Shown piece after piece: positions 1 to 12,100 of a stretch of DNA of 38,110 nucleotides. The notes beneath the pieces were generated by a model. That model was not told the origin of the DNA and searched no databases. It was given only the letters and a program-made list of their open reading frames with translations. The stretch spans positions 1-38,110 of the IMG/VR virus record IMGVR_UViG_3300025012_000196. One strand, written 5' to 3'. A program made the position numbers and the translations under genes. This DNA comes from a virus (taxonomy: Duplodnaviria; Caudoviricetes). Numbering within the stretch: the stretch's first letter is position 1; each line of letters begins with the position of its first letter.

Positions 1-49
1 CAACAGGCAGTCTAGGCCAAGCAGGGTGTGCTTTATGCCTTTGACTATG

Positions 50-499
50 TTACGAAAGTATGAGGATAGGAAGTTCATTAATAAGTTCCTCACTGGTTGG
101 TATAACCCGCAAAGCATTCTGGCAAGCGTTCAACACTTCATAGCACTTCCGCCAGCAGCCATCGCGCCAATCACAATAAGCCAAACCTTCAGCCTGAAAT
201 GCTGGATCAGTTGAGTTGACATAGGAGCACGCTGAAAGAATTCCGTCGTACATTCTGAGCCTCGCGCCTTCATCCAAATGGCTCTGGACTGCGGATTGCA
301 GCATGGAGATGATTTCCTGCTCGGTCGGGATATGCGGCTCCGGCACAGGCGGCGCAACGAGCGTAATGCCCCCCCAGATATAGTCAGGATTGACTTCGTG
401 GATGTCTCGCACTTCCTGAGTCACTTCGATATATCCCTCAGACGGTTCATTGCTCCATCCGTTGGGTTTTCCTTCATTGTCTAACCCCATGAACCACAT
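50..499 (-). CDS. Putative tail fibre assembly/chaperone-like protein
   Basis: 149 aa ORF directly after the LamG gene. C-terminal 'VQSHLDEGAR..YDGILSACSY..F..EG...WRD.CW' pattern resembles phage fibre-associated proteins. Confidence 0.6.
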   Translation of the reverse strand: MWFMGLDNEGKPNGWSNEPSEGYIEVTQEVRDIHEVNPDYIWGGITLVAPPVPEPHIPTEQEIISMLQSAVQSHLDEGARLRMYDGILSACSYVNSTDPAFQAEGLAYCDWRDGCWRKCYEVLNACQNALRVIPTSEELINELPILILS

Positions 500-501
500 A
501 A

Positions 502-1170
502 TTAACTCCTTGTCAGCGGGTGCTTACCCATCATAATGCGTTTAATATCAGCCGAAGAAAGTACACAGTTATAAATTTGCAAATCATCCACAGTACTGGC
601 CATAGCGGCTTGACTTGTTAGGTTAGTGCCAACTACCATAGACGCTGTTGTGAGGATAGACGCAGATAACGAGTTGATAGCTACGTTCGGGGTTATTGGT
701 ACACCATTAACCAGCATTTTTACATCGTTAGCGTTACTTGTACCAGAGTAGGTAAACGCAAAATGTTGCCACGTACCAGACATTTGACCACCACGCACTA
801 ACAACCAGTTGCTGCCCCATGCGTTGATAAGAAATAGTTCAACCATCCCATTACCGTCAGCAGCACCAGAATTAGTAACCCACCATCCCTTTGGAGTCGG
901 GCTAGTCACCTTGCCGAAAAGATTTGCCCTGGCTGACGGTATTGTGCCTTTTAACCAAAAACAAATTGTAAAAGAGTTGGTTCGTTCAAAATTTAATACG
1001 GCTTGATCGCCATACTCAATTTTGTCGGTAAGGGCATTTACTAATAATCCACTACCAATAACCCCTTGCACAATATCCACACTGGTATTCGTGCCGACAA
1101 ATCCATTTTTAGAGTGGTCGTTATAATCCTGCCCAGTTGCCCAAAATTGTAAATTTGGATGCCCTATCAT
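502..1170 (-). CDS. LamG/concanavalin A-like lectin-domain protein (putative receptor binding)
   Basis: Motifs SFTICFW, WQHFAFTY, MLVNG, VDDLQIYNCVLS; ATGA overlap with the upstream gene. Confidence 0.85.
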   Translation of the reverse strand: MIGHPNLQFWATGQDYNDHSKNGFVGTNTSVDIVQGVIGSGLLVNALTDKIEYGDQAVLNFERTNSFTICFWLKGTIPSARANLFGKVTSPTPKGWWVTNSGAADGNGMVELFLINAWGSNWLLVRGGQMSGTWQHFAFTYSGTSNANDVKMLVNGVPITPNVAINSLSASILTTASMVVGTNLTSQAAMASTVDDLQIYNCVLSSADIKRIMMGKHPLTRS

Positions 1171-2432
1171 GCTTTCACGTCATAACGGGCGTCCATGGTT
1201 TCCCACTGCGCGCCATTCCATTCAAAAGTGAATACATCGAGCGTGTTCGCCCCACTATTCGGCAGAGCATCACCGGACGACATAAGACCGCCTGAACTGA
1301 CCACGTTGGCATCAGTACCTTTCAAGGTAACTACTCGTGCTGTCGCCCCTTGCAGGATGGCCACTACCTGACGATAGTTATTGGTAGATGAAGCAGGGCT
1401 AGCGAGAGTCATAGCGATGGCGGCGGTCCCTGTTGTTACTGTGGCGTATTCTCCACTTGCGCGATCAACGGTGAAATCTGCTGATTTAACGCCAAGGGTT
1501 TGAATTGCAGGGGCTACGGAGTAACTTAGCTTATTGTTGACATCATCATATGTGATAGTAATACCTGTGTGTGTTCCAGCGGCTATGGCTGCGGCAATGA
1601 CGTCCTGCGCCATTTCATCTGTGTATTGAGTCGGTAGAGCTATATCATTCACAGCCTCCGCCAGCTCTTGCAGAGTGTTAACAGTATCAGGCAGATTGCC
1701 TGTGCCGTCCATCGGGGTGAAGGTGATGTCTGAGCCTGTTAAAGTGATAGCACCAGCAACCTGACTAACACCATTGACGCTAGTGGTCAGTCCATCAGCT
1801 CCAGGATTACCATCTGCGCCAGGATCGCCTGGAATACCTTGAATTCCCTGTTCACCTACCAACGACAATAACCATTCAGCTTCAGTACCAACAAAACCAT
1901 TCAACTGTGCTATTTCAAAAGCTGAGTCACCCTCCGCGCCTTGTGGACCAGGGGGACCGGGAACCATTGAATCCGCGCCTGTAGGACCAATATCACCTTG
2001 CGGTCCAGCAGGACCCTGTTCTCCTGGTATTCCCTGGATGCCCTGAATACCTTGCTCTCCTTGAGCACCATCTGCGCCGGGGGGGCCTTGGGTACCTTGC
2101 AACCCAGTTAACCCCTGAATGCCCTGTTGTCCAGTCTCCCCCTTCGCTACAAACAGCGTCCAATCAGTCCCCTCTACCGGTTCAACGCCCAACGAGCCGG
2201 TTAACGATACCCATGTAGAGCCGCCAAAGGAAACCAGGTCATCTGCACTATAGTCGGTCAGACTGTTGTATGCCCCGCGGTACACAAGCGCCGCACCGGA
2301 AGGTCCGGTTTCTCCAGTTGCGCCAGTGGGGCCGTAGCCTTCATTGACTACAATCTGAATAAGGTCAGGCTCGTTAACAATTAGCTGCACATCGTTTTCG
2401 TCCTGAACAATTACGACAATATCTTCTTCCAT
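1167..2432 (-). CDS. Collagen-like fibre protein with CBM5/12-like segment
   Basis: Long Gly-X-Y run; [19 protein letters not shown] segment; [13 protein letters not shown] motif. Start moved to the ATG at 2432. Confidence 0.8.
   Translation of the reverse strand: MEEDIVVIVQDENDVQLIVNEPDLIQIVVNEGYGPTGATGETGPSGAALVYRGAYNSLTDYSADDLVSFGGSTWVSLTGSLGVEPVEGTDWTLFVAKGETGQQGIQGLTGLQGTQGPPGADGAQGEQGIQGIQGIPGEQGPAGPQGDIGPTGADSMVPGPPGPQGAEGDSAFEIAQLNGFVGTEAEWLLSLVGEQGIQGIPGDPGADGNPGADGLTTSVNGVSQVAGAITLTGSDITFTPMDGTGNLPDTVNTLQELAEAVNDIALPTQYTDEMAQDVIAAAIAAGTHTGITITYDDVNNKLSYSVAPAIQTLGVKSADFTVDRASGEYATVTTGTAAIAMTLASPASSTNNYRQVVAILQGATARVVTLKGTDANVVSSGGLMSSGDALPNSGANTLDVFTFEWNGAQWETMDARYDVKA
1790..2145 (-). 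repeat. Gly-X-Y collagen repeat region (approximate bounds)
   Basis: [31 protein letters not shown]... in the translation. Confidence 0.85.
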
Positions 2433-2440
2433 TTTGTCAC

Positions 2441-2770
2441 CTAAGGAGTGATCTTGATTTTGCCCCACATCAACCGTGTCTTCTTGCCGGCAAGAGTCCG
2501 CATCACTTTGTAAACATAGGTAGCGCCTATCGTCAGTTCAGATGTGTCAGTATTTGCCAATGACATGATAACAGTGCCGTCTGCTGCGACCAGAGTTGCA
2601 AATGTAAAGGTTTTGGTTGCAGCTGCGGCAGAATAAGATGTCAAAATCTGGCCGGAAAACGTATCTGTTGTAATGGGGATGGGAGTCCCGTCACGACGGG
2701 TTAGTTGCAGCGCCCTCTCGAAATCAGACCCCTGCTTAATCTCAAGATCAAGTTTATTATTTGAGGACAT
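2441..2770 (-). CDS. Small virion protein, BppU-N-like fibre adaptor
   Basis: 109 aa; 'LEIKQGSDF...GTVIMSL..TDT..L.....YVY...RLMWGKI' pattern; GAGGT RBS. Confidence 0.6.
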   Translation of the reverse strand: MSSNNKLDLEIKQGSDFERALQLTRRDGTPIPITTDTFSGQILTSYSAAAATKTFTFATLVAADGTVIMSLANTDTSELTIGATYVYKVMRTLAGKKTRLMWGKIKITP

Positions 2771-2791
2771 TTGGTATACCTCTTGTGCTTG

Positions 2792-2888
2792 AAAAATAAA
2801 AAACCCGCGACACAGACACCTGTAAAAGGTGAAATGTCGCGGGTTTCCAGGGGCTCCCCAAGGGAGGCATCGCTAACCGCTGTTATAT
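2792..2888 (-). promoter_or_regulatory. Structured leader with intrinsic terminator, copy L1
   Basis: Minus strand reads ATAACAGCGGTT, a CTCCC-TT-GGGGAG hairpin, then stem AAACCCGCGACA...TGTCGCGGGTTT and a U-tract, ending 21 nt upstream of the 2770 ATG. Confidence 0.8.
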
Positions 2889-2895
2889 GTACGGG

Positions 2896-2924
2896 ATACT
2901 ACTGAAAAATAAGGGAACTATCAA
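2896..2924 (-). promoter_or_regulatory. Sigma70-like promoter feeding L1
   Basis: TTGATA-N17-TAGTAT on the minus strand. Confidence 0.7.
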
Positions 2925-2932
2925 GTATTTCT

Positions 2933-3130
2933 TTACAGTTCAATCCCAAGTGCCAATCGGAAAAATAACCATGCCGTCCCACTGACCACCGATATAAAGA
3001 ACATCCAGCGTAAAATCAGATCTTCACCGATGAATACCATGGCTGATAAGACCAAAATTCCAACCAGCCACCATACCCCCCCACCGTAAAATAACCACAT
3101 CCCAAGAACCAGAGAAATAACGATTGCCAT
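2933..3130 (-). CDS. Small hydrophobic membrane protein (start uncertain)
   Basis: About 65 aa with 2-3 hydrophobic stretches, immediately after the giant gene. Confidence 0.5.
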   Translation of the reverse strand: MAIVISLVLGMWLFYGGGVWWLVGILVLSAMVFIGEDLILRWMFFISVVSGTAWLFFRLALGIEL

Positions 3131-3146
3131 AGCCCATAGAAAGACT

Positions 3147-6100
3147 TTATCGAGCCCCGTTCTCTTTGGCCTGCTCCACAACGAGGCGCGTAATCCTATT
3201 CTTTTCAGTTTGGAGTTCGTCAAGTTTGGCTCTCTTTTCGTCGGGGCTCATGGTCCGGTCAAGTTGTGTGACTTTAACCTGTTTATTAATTTGGCTCAAC
3301 TGTTTTTGTGCCAGATGCATCTTGGGTTTCGACGCAAGTTTGGGCTGTTCCTTTTCGTTCAATTTATCGGCCCGGATATTTTCACCGGTCTGGCGCAAAT
3401 GATCGACGGTCTTAGCTGTCTTGTCCACTTCCTTGAGCAGTTCATAAAAGCTGGTCGTGAACTTGGTATTACGTGCCGGCCCATCCCCCTTGTAGAATGA
3501 TGACAATACCGGCCATTCTTCAGGCTTGGTAGTAGGCTGATTCGGGTAATCCATCAAGCGCCTGGTCATTAAGTCTGAAGCTCCCAGCACGTAGGTACCC
3601 AGAGTGCCAAAATAGCCTTTGACGGCATGATCAAGTCTGGATGGGCTGATATTGATACGTTTGCCGATCTCCTGCATGGTTGCGCTGGTATGGGCTCCGT
3701 GCTGTTCTCCAGGCAATAAACCGTCCGCCTGCGGCGAGACTATGGCACGATCTGTAAAGAAGTCTTTGTTGGCCCATTGCTGTGCAGGCTCGTTGATGAT
3801 CTGCGGCAAGCCAACTGCAAAGGTCTGTGTGAACATACTTGCCAAGCGCTGAGCAAATAACTTACCGTCATGCTGCTTTTCCATGGCCATCTCTGTTAAG
3901 CGTTCCGGGATCGTGCCAAATATCGCCCCTACCTCGAATGGCTTAGGCAGCCGGAAGTGTTTGCCGCCAACAAAGAAATGAAAGTATGTATCCTTGTCCC
4001 ATTCTTCCAGTTCCTGATACTTTGGATTATTCCGATTGTAGAGGTAAAGCAGGACAGCTGCAAAGGCGATTAATGCGCCTTTGAAAGTAAAGGCCCGAGG
4101 ATTCTCCAACATGCCCTTGCCGAGCCGCTGTAGGCCCTGGAGACGTGCACCAAAGAAAGGGACGGTCTGGGTCAGGAAGTTGATTGCCGCCCAATCACCA
4201 CGCATGGAAAAGTCCATAATGTCCTTGGCCTCGAAAGCACCTTGCAGATGACTACCGGTTTTATCCTTAACGTTCTTGTAAGTCTGCACCCGGGCAGCGT
4301 TCTCCATGGCGCCGCCGATCTCCTGCCAAAATTCCCACAGCTTCTTGGGACTGTCCAGAAGGGTGTTCTTGTCAATACCCTTGTTGCTCAACAGTTTTTC
4401 CACCATCAGCTTGGCGGCTGCAGGATCGTTCCCGTAAGCATAACCACCATGGAAGGCACCACCAGCCGCCATTAATTGCACCATATCCGGATCATCGCGG
4501 AAGGCCTTGACGGATCCTTTCAGAGAGGAAACCAGAGGCGTGAAATCGCCCCGGCTGATTGTCCAGGTATGCAGCGTGTCACGGACAAAGTTCCTGATCA
4601 TGAAGTCAGGGGCGGACGTAATTCCCATAGTCAGCAGCCGTTTGACGAAGCGCATGGCGGTCATGGCAGGTCCACCCCACACTTGATCATTGATCGAAGC
4701 CAGAGAGCGTAACAGCAGATCATCATGAATCTGGTAGTATTCCGGTTTGCCATTTCTGAGAACGTGGATAATGTCTTTGCCCTGCGGTTTGGCTGGATGG
4801 AAGAACGTGGTGAAGGCTTCCATATCCTCTGGATCAACAAAGGCATCCACCTCTTCTTGTGTCTCGCCAAAGTATTCATGCACCGCGTCCACCAGATCCT
4901 GGTTGTTGATCTTGACGGACTTCCACTCAAGCGGGGCTTTGGAGGCCGCGCCAATTGCTTCAGCCTTCTGTATGGAGAGCTCAGTTGAATGGTTCTTGAT
5001 TGAGGCGTCTACCAGATGCGTGAAGTTTCTGACGATGTTTTCAAAGATATCGCCCAAACGCTCGTCAGCACCCTTCAAGGTCTTGATACCGGAATTCTGA
5101 GAAGCAAGGCCTTTGGTTTTGAATGGACCTTTGGGTTTATCCTCCACAATGCGGTAGAACGGTACATACTCTTCATGGTCCCAGATCTTACGGGCATCGG
5201 GATTGATTACCCCGGACTCTTCTGCAAAATCCAAAACATGGCGCTTATATTGGACATACTCCCTACGGGCCACGGTCCACCGTGCCGAGTTGGCTGGAGT
5301 TTTGAGCCCTTTCAACAGATTAATTTCATCTTGGTCGAAGTATCGTTCTCGGCCTTCGTTCATCAGCTTTTGCGCACGTTCGCCAACCATCCACCCCAAG
5401 AACTGGTCAAGATCCTCGGCCACCGGTTTGAATATCTGTACCAGGCCCTTGCCCTGTACCGCGCTGCCACCGTCCTTCCATACCGGGTGACCGTGCTTGA
5501 GCATGGCCAGCATGACATCAGAAAGGGAGGTGGACATACGGGCGGCGATATAAGCGGAATCATCAGGGCTGGTAACACCGGCCATCTTGTCCAGATAGCG
5601 CAACGAGGCGTACTTGTCAAAGATGCCCTGCTCCAGTTCGCGCATGCGCGTTTCCTTGTGCGCCAGGTTGCCAAGGCTTTCCTTGATCCGCTCCAGCATG
5701 GTTTTATCTTTTGCACCGATCTTATCCAGCACAGCGTCAACGGCAGGATCGCCGGTGCGAGTGCGGCGCAGGGACATACGAATATCGGGATTATTGCCAT
5801 CGAATTGACCGTTGTTGCCGGTGGCGGATTTGATCTGGTTGGGCTCGAATACGGCGAAGTTCTTCTCAGGCGTCTCCCCATTGAGAGTTTCATAAACGAT
5901 CATGCCGTCATACCCGGCGGCTTTTATTGCGTCCGTCACGTCAAGGGTCTCAATGGCCTTCCACTCGCCTGCCAGTATCTTGCTTTCTAAATCAGCCTTT
6001 GCCTCTGTGGTGTAGGAGTCTGCAGGCAGCATCTCCACAATTGCCTTGACCGCTTCCGTATCTGATGGGTCAAAGAGTTTTCCGATTTTCAGGTAAACCG

Positions 6101-9100
6101 GCATGACATTGGGCTTGCCTTCCTTTTTTGGAACGTTGATATCAATGTGCCCGGGCAATCCGACGGTCCCAGCAAAATCAGAAGCAAATTCCGGTGAGGT
6201 TGAGAAGAACATAGGACCGTCGAAGATTCTCTTCCTGAACACGCTGAAATCTTCACCAGTACCATGGTAAACAACCAAAGGTTTACCTTTGCTGTCCACA
6301 ACCTTGCTGTCTCCAAACCACTTCTTAAACTCGTTGGTTTTAGTGATATCCTTGGCAACCATAAACCGCTCACCATCATACACAGTAGGATCAGTTGATT
6401 TCCCTCTCTCCACCCATCCCCGTGCTTTACCAATCAGCGCCTTGATATCGGCATCTGTCCATTTGAGGTTGAGCCCCATCTTGCGCATCCAATCTTTGAT
6501 CATGGCGATTACGCGCTTGATGAAACCAGGCTTTTCTCCTGACTCTGCCATTTCCGCCAGCTTTTCTTCGGCGGCAATCTTGCGGTCTTCAGGATCCTTT
6601 AGGTCCAGCCCGTAGCGATTGGCGATATCCTTGAGCCCCTTCTGTCCGTATACTGTGATTACCTGTTGCAGTATCGCGTCAAACTGCTTGCCGAGCAAAC
6701 CGCGTATACCATAGTGGCCTACGGTTTCATGCAGCAGGACCTCCATCGCTTCGTTGGCAGAATGCAGGTTGTCGGATATCAGATACACTTGGCCATCTTC
6801 AAACACGCCACGCACATGACCTTCTGCACCGATTGACTGTATCTGGTCGATGATACCAGCCGGCAGATCCTTCTCTGACTGCACTACCTTAATCGGCGGA
6901 GCGTTCTTCCAGGACTTCAAGAGAGGATCTACAGCGGCGTTGACTTTGGTTTGAGAAATTCCGTTCACAGGTCTATTGGCCTTCGAAAAGAAAGTGCCGG
7001 TAGCAGCCGGCATCAAGTTTTTTTCTGCCAAGCTCCCGTCTGTGGTTATCGCGTCCAGCACGCTCACGCCGTACATTTTGCCGAATGTCACCATATTTTT
7101 GACTACAGGCTCACTGGCATAACTCGGCTGGTCCGAGACAATAACCATAGCCGCTGCATTTGTTCTGCTCATCAGCCTCATGAGTAGATCATGGCTGTGT
7201 TCCGGCGCGTTTGACCTTAACGCCCCCATCTTGTCAAATGGAATTTCTACTGTGGCAACCAGTCTATTTTTATTGTCCAAAAGCAAAACACCGGTTTTGC
7301 CTTCGAACCCGATGGCTGCAAGCATTTTCCCAATCTGGTCAGGAGCCGTTATTCTCTCGGCACCTTGAGACGGTCTGAAATTGATTCTTTGGTCCAGGAT
7401 AGGAATGTCCGATGATTTGCCAGAAGCGGGTTTCCCTGTGTCGCCCGTGCTGGCCAGAAACTCACCGCCCTCTCCAATGACCATACTGCCGGCAACCTTG
7501 ATACTGGTCCCGCGCACAAGCTCATCAGATCTATCATTTACGGCATGATCAGCTGGCGAAAACGTAAGATCGCCGGTCGGGTGATTATGGGCAAACCATA
7601 TAGTCGCGGCGTTGGGTATATCTAGGACCGGCCCGATAAGATTCTGTGGGCTGGCAAGGCTTTCGTTTTTAGTCCCTAGCGAAACATTGACAAGCGAGAG
7701 TGGCTTCCCGTCCTTGTCCAGGACTAGAGCCATCAGGTGTTCTTTGGCTTCATTTGCGAGAGGTGAAAAGAAGGTTGCAGCGTCGAATGCGGTTTTTACT
7801 TGGTCAATTCCTGATGTGAATGTGCCGACCTTGGCGAGTCGGACATCTGCATTGATGTTACGAACATTGGGGGGGAGGGTGGAATTAGCGTACCATTCCA
7901 CTCCAGACTGTCCTCGATCAGCAGAAACCGTGACGGATCCGGATTGTTTTTCTGGTACGGGCTTGGCTGGTGTGAACAACGAGAGTTGGGCATTGCTGTT
8001 ATCCTCTACTTTGCCGGATATTACATGGCTGGAATCTAATATACCATATAGTTCACCAGCCTCAAACAATTTATTGCCATCCTTGACCTGCAGTGTGGAA
8101 AAGAACGTATCAAACTCTTTATCCAGTGCCTCACGTTCCTTGCCTTCAGGGAAAGGTCGAACATTGAACATCCGGTACCACGGCAAATTATTATCAGATC
8201 CATATGACAGGAAGTCACTGCGGTTGCCCAGCTCAGATACCTTGTCTTCAATGTAGGCAGAGAAAGCGCGAGATGCCATCTCATGTTCAACAGTCCAGTA
8301 ATCAGAGACACGCCCCTGGTCTATCTTGTAGCTCTCCATGCGGTAGCTGGTTGGTACCTTCTTGACTTTAACATCCTTATTAGCGGCTTCCTCCATCAGT
8401 TTGGTTCGTTTGGCAAAGTCTTTTACGTGAGCAACCAGCGCATCCATTGAGCCTCTGCGTTCGGCGTTGAAACCGCCGCGACCAGTAACCTCTTTATAGA
8501 GTTTGCTCAGTACCTCAATAGTGTCATTTGTCCAGCGGTTAGTTCCCATTGCTCCGCGTGAAGCTGCTTTTACGCCTGGTTTGCTGTCAATACCGTATCG
8601 CCATTCAACGGTGATATCTTCACCAGTAGTGAGTTTGGCTGCCAGTTCATCAAACCTGGATAGTTGTTCCGGAGTCGCGGCAGCCTTCTTGCTGCCATAC
8701 TCGCGGTTCTTTGCCATGTAGTCACGGATCTCGCGTAACTTGCCCTCCAGGCTGCGGGCTGCGGCCCCTACGAACTTCTCCGCCTTCTCCGTATCCTCCA
8801 CGTACTGCTCGGCCTTAAAGTACATGGTCTCAATCAATTGCTTGAAAGCGGTCCTTACCTCTTCGCGTACTCCTGAGTTGGCATATTTAAAGCCAGAACT
8901 GGCCATATCCTTGCCACCACCCTCGGCAGGGTAAACACGGTCTCCACGCTTGTTCTGTACCTTATCGGATTTGGCTTTACCATCCTGACGGGCAAAGTAA
9001 TTATCAAGAGCGTGAAACCATTCATGCGCCAAAGATCCGGCGCCACTCAGCTTGGTGAGATTGATAACGGCATAGGCTGGTTCATAATGTGCTTTGGCAC

Positions 9101-12100
9101 CTGACAGACCTTGCCCCCTGGCCCCGAATGCAAGCGCCAGTTCTCCATTCAGGCTGATTGCTTGCGCCGGAATATTGAGTATTTCGGCCAAATCAAGCAG
9201 GCCATCATAAGCATGGTTCATAACTTCTTGGCGCTCGACTTGATTATTCCAGTTGCCGAATTCCACAGCCCTGAAACCAAAAGCGTCTGTCAACATCTTT
9301 GCTGTGGCATCACTATCACGCCGGACGGCACCAGTCCTGAACACCTTTTCAGGCTTGGCAAGGATCTCTTCACCAAAGGTAGTGTTGGTCTCGATGATAT
9401 CTTGGGCATGCTCAGCCATATACTGCATGGCTTCATCTCTGCTGGTAAATCCATCCTTGATCGTGACGCGCTTACGATCGGTAACATTGCGGATGATCTT
9501 GAAATTGTCGCCATCAGGATTAACACGGTGCTTTACTCCGACAACGGCAACCGGCAGGATATCATCAGCCTCGGCCAGTGTTGCAAAGTTTGTGCGCACA
9601 AGAGCTCGGCCTGTTTCCGTATCAATGATATTCCATTGTCCGGTCTTGACGTTTTCCATAGCGATATAACGGCGGCGCCATGCAGGGATGTTTGACTTTG
9701 CCTTGGTAGATTTAGTACCGGTGGAGGTAGAGATATCCTTACGGGCTCCGCCTATCTTTTCACCGAAGTCATCAATCTTGGTTTTCTCGGATGTGGTTGA
9801 CGGGACGCTCGTCGCGGAGTTGAATAAATCCGGGGTACGATCAACAGTAAAGCTATCCAGCAGATCGCCGGTACTGGCAGCCTTACCACCGGTCTGAGGC
9901 TTTGTTCCAAACGTGGGGGGAGTGGCAAATAGCTTGTTTTGTTGTTCGCCTGAAGAGGATACTACTTCTGTGAGAGGTTTTGTTTCTCCGCTTGCCTGCG
10001 GTTCAGTTCGTTCTTGGATGCCACTGCTTTGAGTGCTTTGGTTCTCTGTGCCGGCGTCAGGCTCAACAGTGCTTGAGTTTGTAGAGGTGTCAATTTCATG
10101 GTTCTGATCTCCTTCAATGAACTGGTCGAAAAAGGAAAGAGCATTGGCTACAGCATCATCTGTAAATGCTTCATCAATAATATCACCCAAATCATCATCT
10201 GACAACTCTTTAACTTCCGCTTCTATGGGAAGTGATTCTTCCTCGATCCTAGCTATTTCTTCTGCAAGCTTCAACTCTCCCATGCGTTCGGCATCATCGG
10301 CATGTACTGGCAGTTCTCCGTTGATTGCAGATTTAAGCATCTGCGCGAATCCGTCAGCATTCACATTGCCATTAACGTCCATAGGCACCGGGTAACCTGC
10401 ATCAAACATCTGCTGTGCCATCTGGTCAATACCCACACCATTCTTGCCGGTCACGCGCAGGTATCGATTCCCTTTACCTTTGGCGCCACGAACCTCGTTT
10501 TTGTCTAGGGCGTTTATAATTGAGGCAAGGTTAATTCCCCCTTGCTTCTTGATATCGGTAAGGAGATTGCGAGGGGGCGCGGGTTTCTTTGGGAGTGCGC
10601 CGCCGGAGATTGTCCCACCACGGATATCTCCAGCAGCGTCACTATTCAGCACCTTTTGAGCATCGACAACACCTCCCTCTTTTACATCTTCGTCCCGCAA
10701 GTTGGGCATTTGCGCTTGCCCTTCGCTACCTTCTTGCTGCACTGTGGACACATCATCGGTAGTCACTCCTTGAGTGTTAAGATCTGGCGCCGCCATAACT
10801 GGCGGCACTGTAACCGCTTGTGCGCTTGGCACATTGGCTGGCTTGCCATATACCTGCTCTGCAAGTTTGATCGCGTATTGATCAACAGCCGCTTCCGGAT
10901 CGGTATATTGAGCCTGCACTGCTTCCAGATTACCCAGCTTTTCAACCTTGCCTTTTACGAAAGCCTGTTGGTCAGGGGTAAGGATGGTTCCAATCGTGTT
11001 TGGAACTGCAGCTTGTCCACCAGATTCTTGTATCTCACTATTAACGATCTGCGTTCCAGTCTGCTGGTCAGCGGGTTTTTGTCTACTGTCAAGAACTGCT
11101 CCCTCAACGTCTGCACTGACCGGCGCAATGATGATGTCTTTCTGGACTGCATCTTGTTTAGGTACGATTCCCTGAACATCTCTACCCTCCTGAGTGAGTG
11201 TATTAATTGTCTCTGTGATAGCGGCGTAATTATCCTTCATCCGCTGGGTAGCTTTCGGTTTCTCGGTACCATCCGGATTAAAGATAGACTTCTCCAGGTT
11301 GGCCTTGCGGACCATAAGCTTGGCAAGATCAGGTGAAGTAGATTCATTGTCCGGGACAGTTTCGTTAACCTTTTCGGTTAATGGTTTTGCTTCACTCAAA
11401 TCTGGAACAATTGGTTCAACAGGCTTATTTACTGATATTGGCTCCGTAACTGGCTCTGTTGTTGGTTGTTGTCCTTCCCCGGTTCCTGCCCCTACCCTGC
11501 TGCTGAAGACATCCCGGAAGGCGGGGTTGAGGCGTACCAACTCGCCGTCAGTGAAACCCTGCTGCTTCAATCCATCATAAAGGTTTGCAGCACGTTCCGG
11601 TGTATAACTGGCAGGGTCCGCATTGCGGAAGGCCGCGGAAATTTCTTCCTTGTTAAATCCAGATGCATCAGATGGCCTGGTAGAAGTCGAGAGGCCACGC
11701 TCTTTGGACATACTCGGTTGGTTGAATGCGTGCATCATGGCGAATAAAGCAGCCTGGCCAGCTGTCATGGCTATGTTTTTACCGGTAAGCTGTTGGACAG
11801 GATCGTATTCGGGGCTCACGCCAGTAACCTTATCAGTCATACCGACGGCAATGCCTTGGCCGGTCATGTAGGCAGTATCCGTGATAATCTGGCTGGAGAC
11901 GGTATTGGCGGCCTGGCTCAGTGTACCGACAACCGGAATCTTGGAAAGCCCCTGTGCAGCAAACGACTTTACCGGACCTGTGACGGCAGGCATGGCGGAA
12001 AAGATAGCGGCATCCACTGCTGCGCCTGGCAGTGCCCTAGCCGTGGCTTCCTGTTCGCTCATACCTGGATTCTGCATCAAAAGCTTATCGCGGCTCTCGG

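Noticed and set aside
1-49. Possible RNA hairpin at the window edge
   Set aside because: Truncated, with only short pairing; not enough sequence to support a call.
5016-5990. 324-aa plus-strand ORF, and similar ones at 10542-11336, 14579-15247, 23596-24306, 24472-25653 and 26716-27390
   Set aside because: Antisense shadows of well-supported minus-strand genes; no recognisable motifs.
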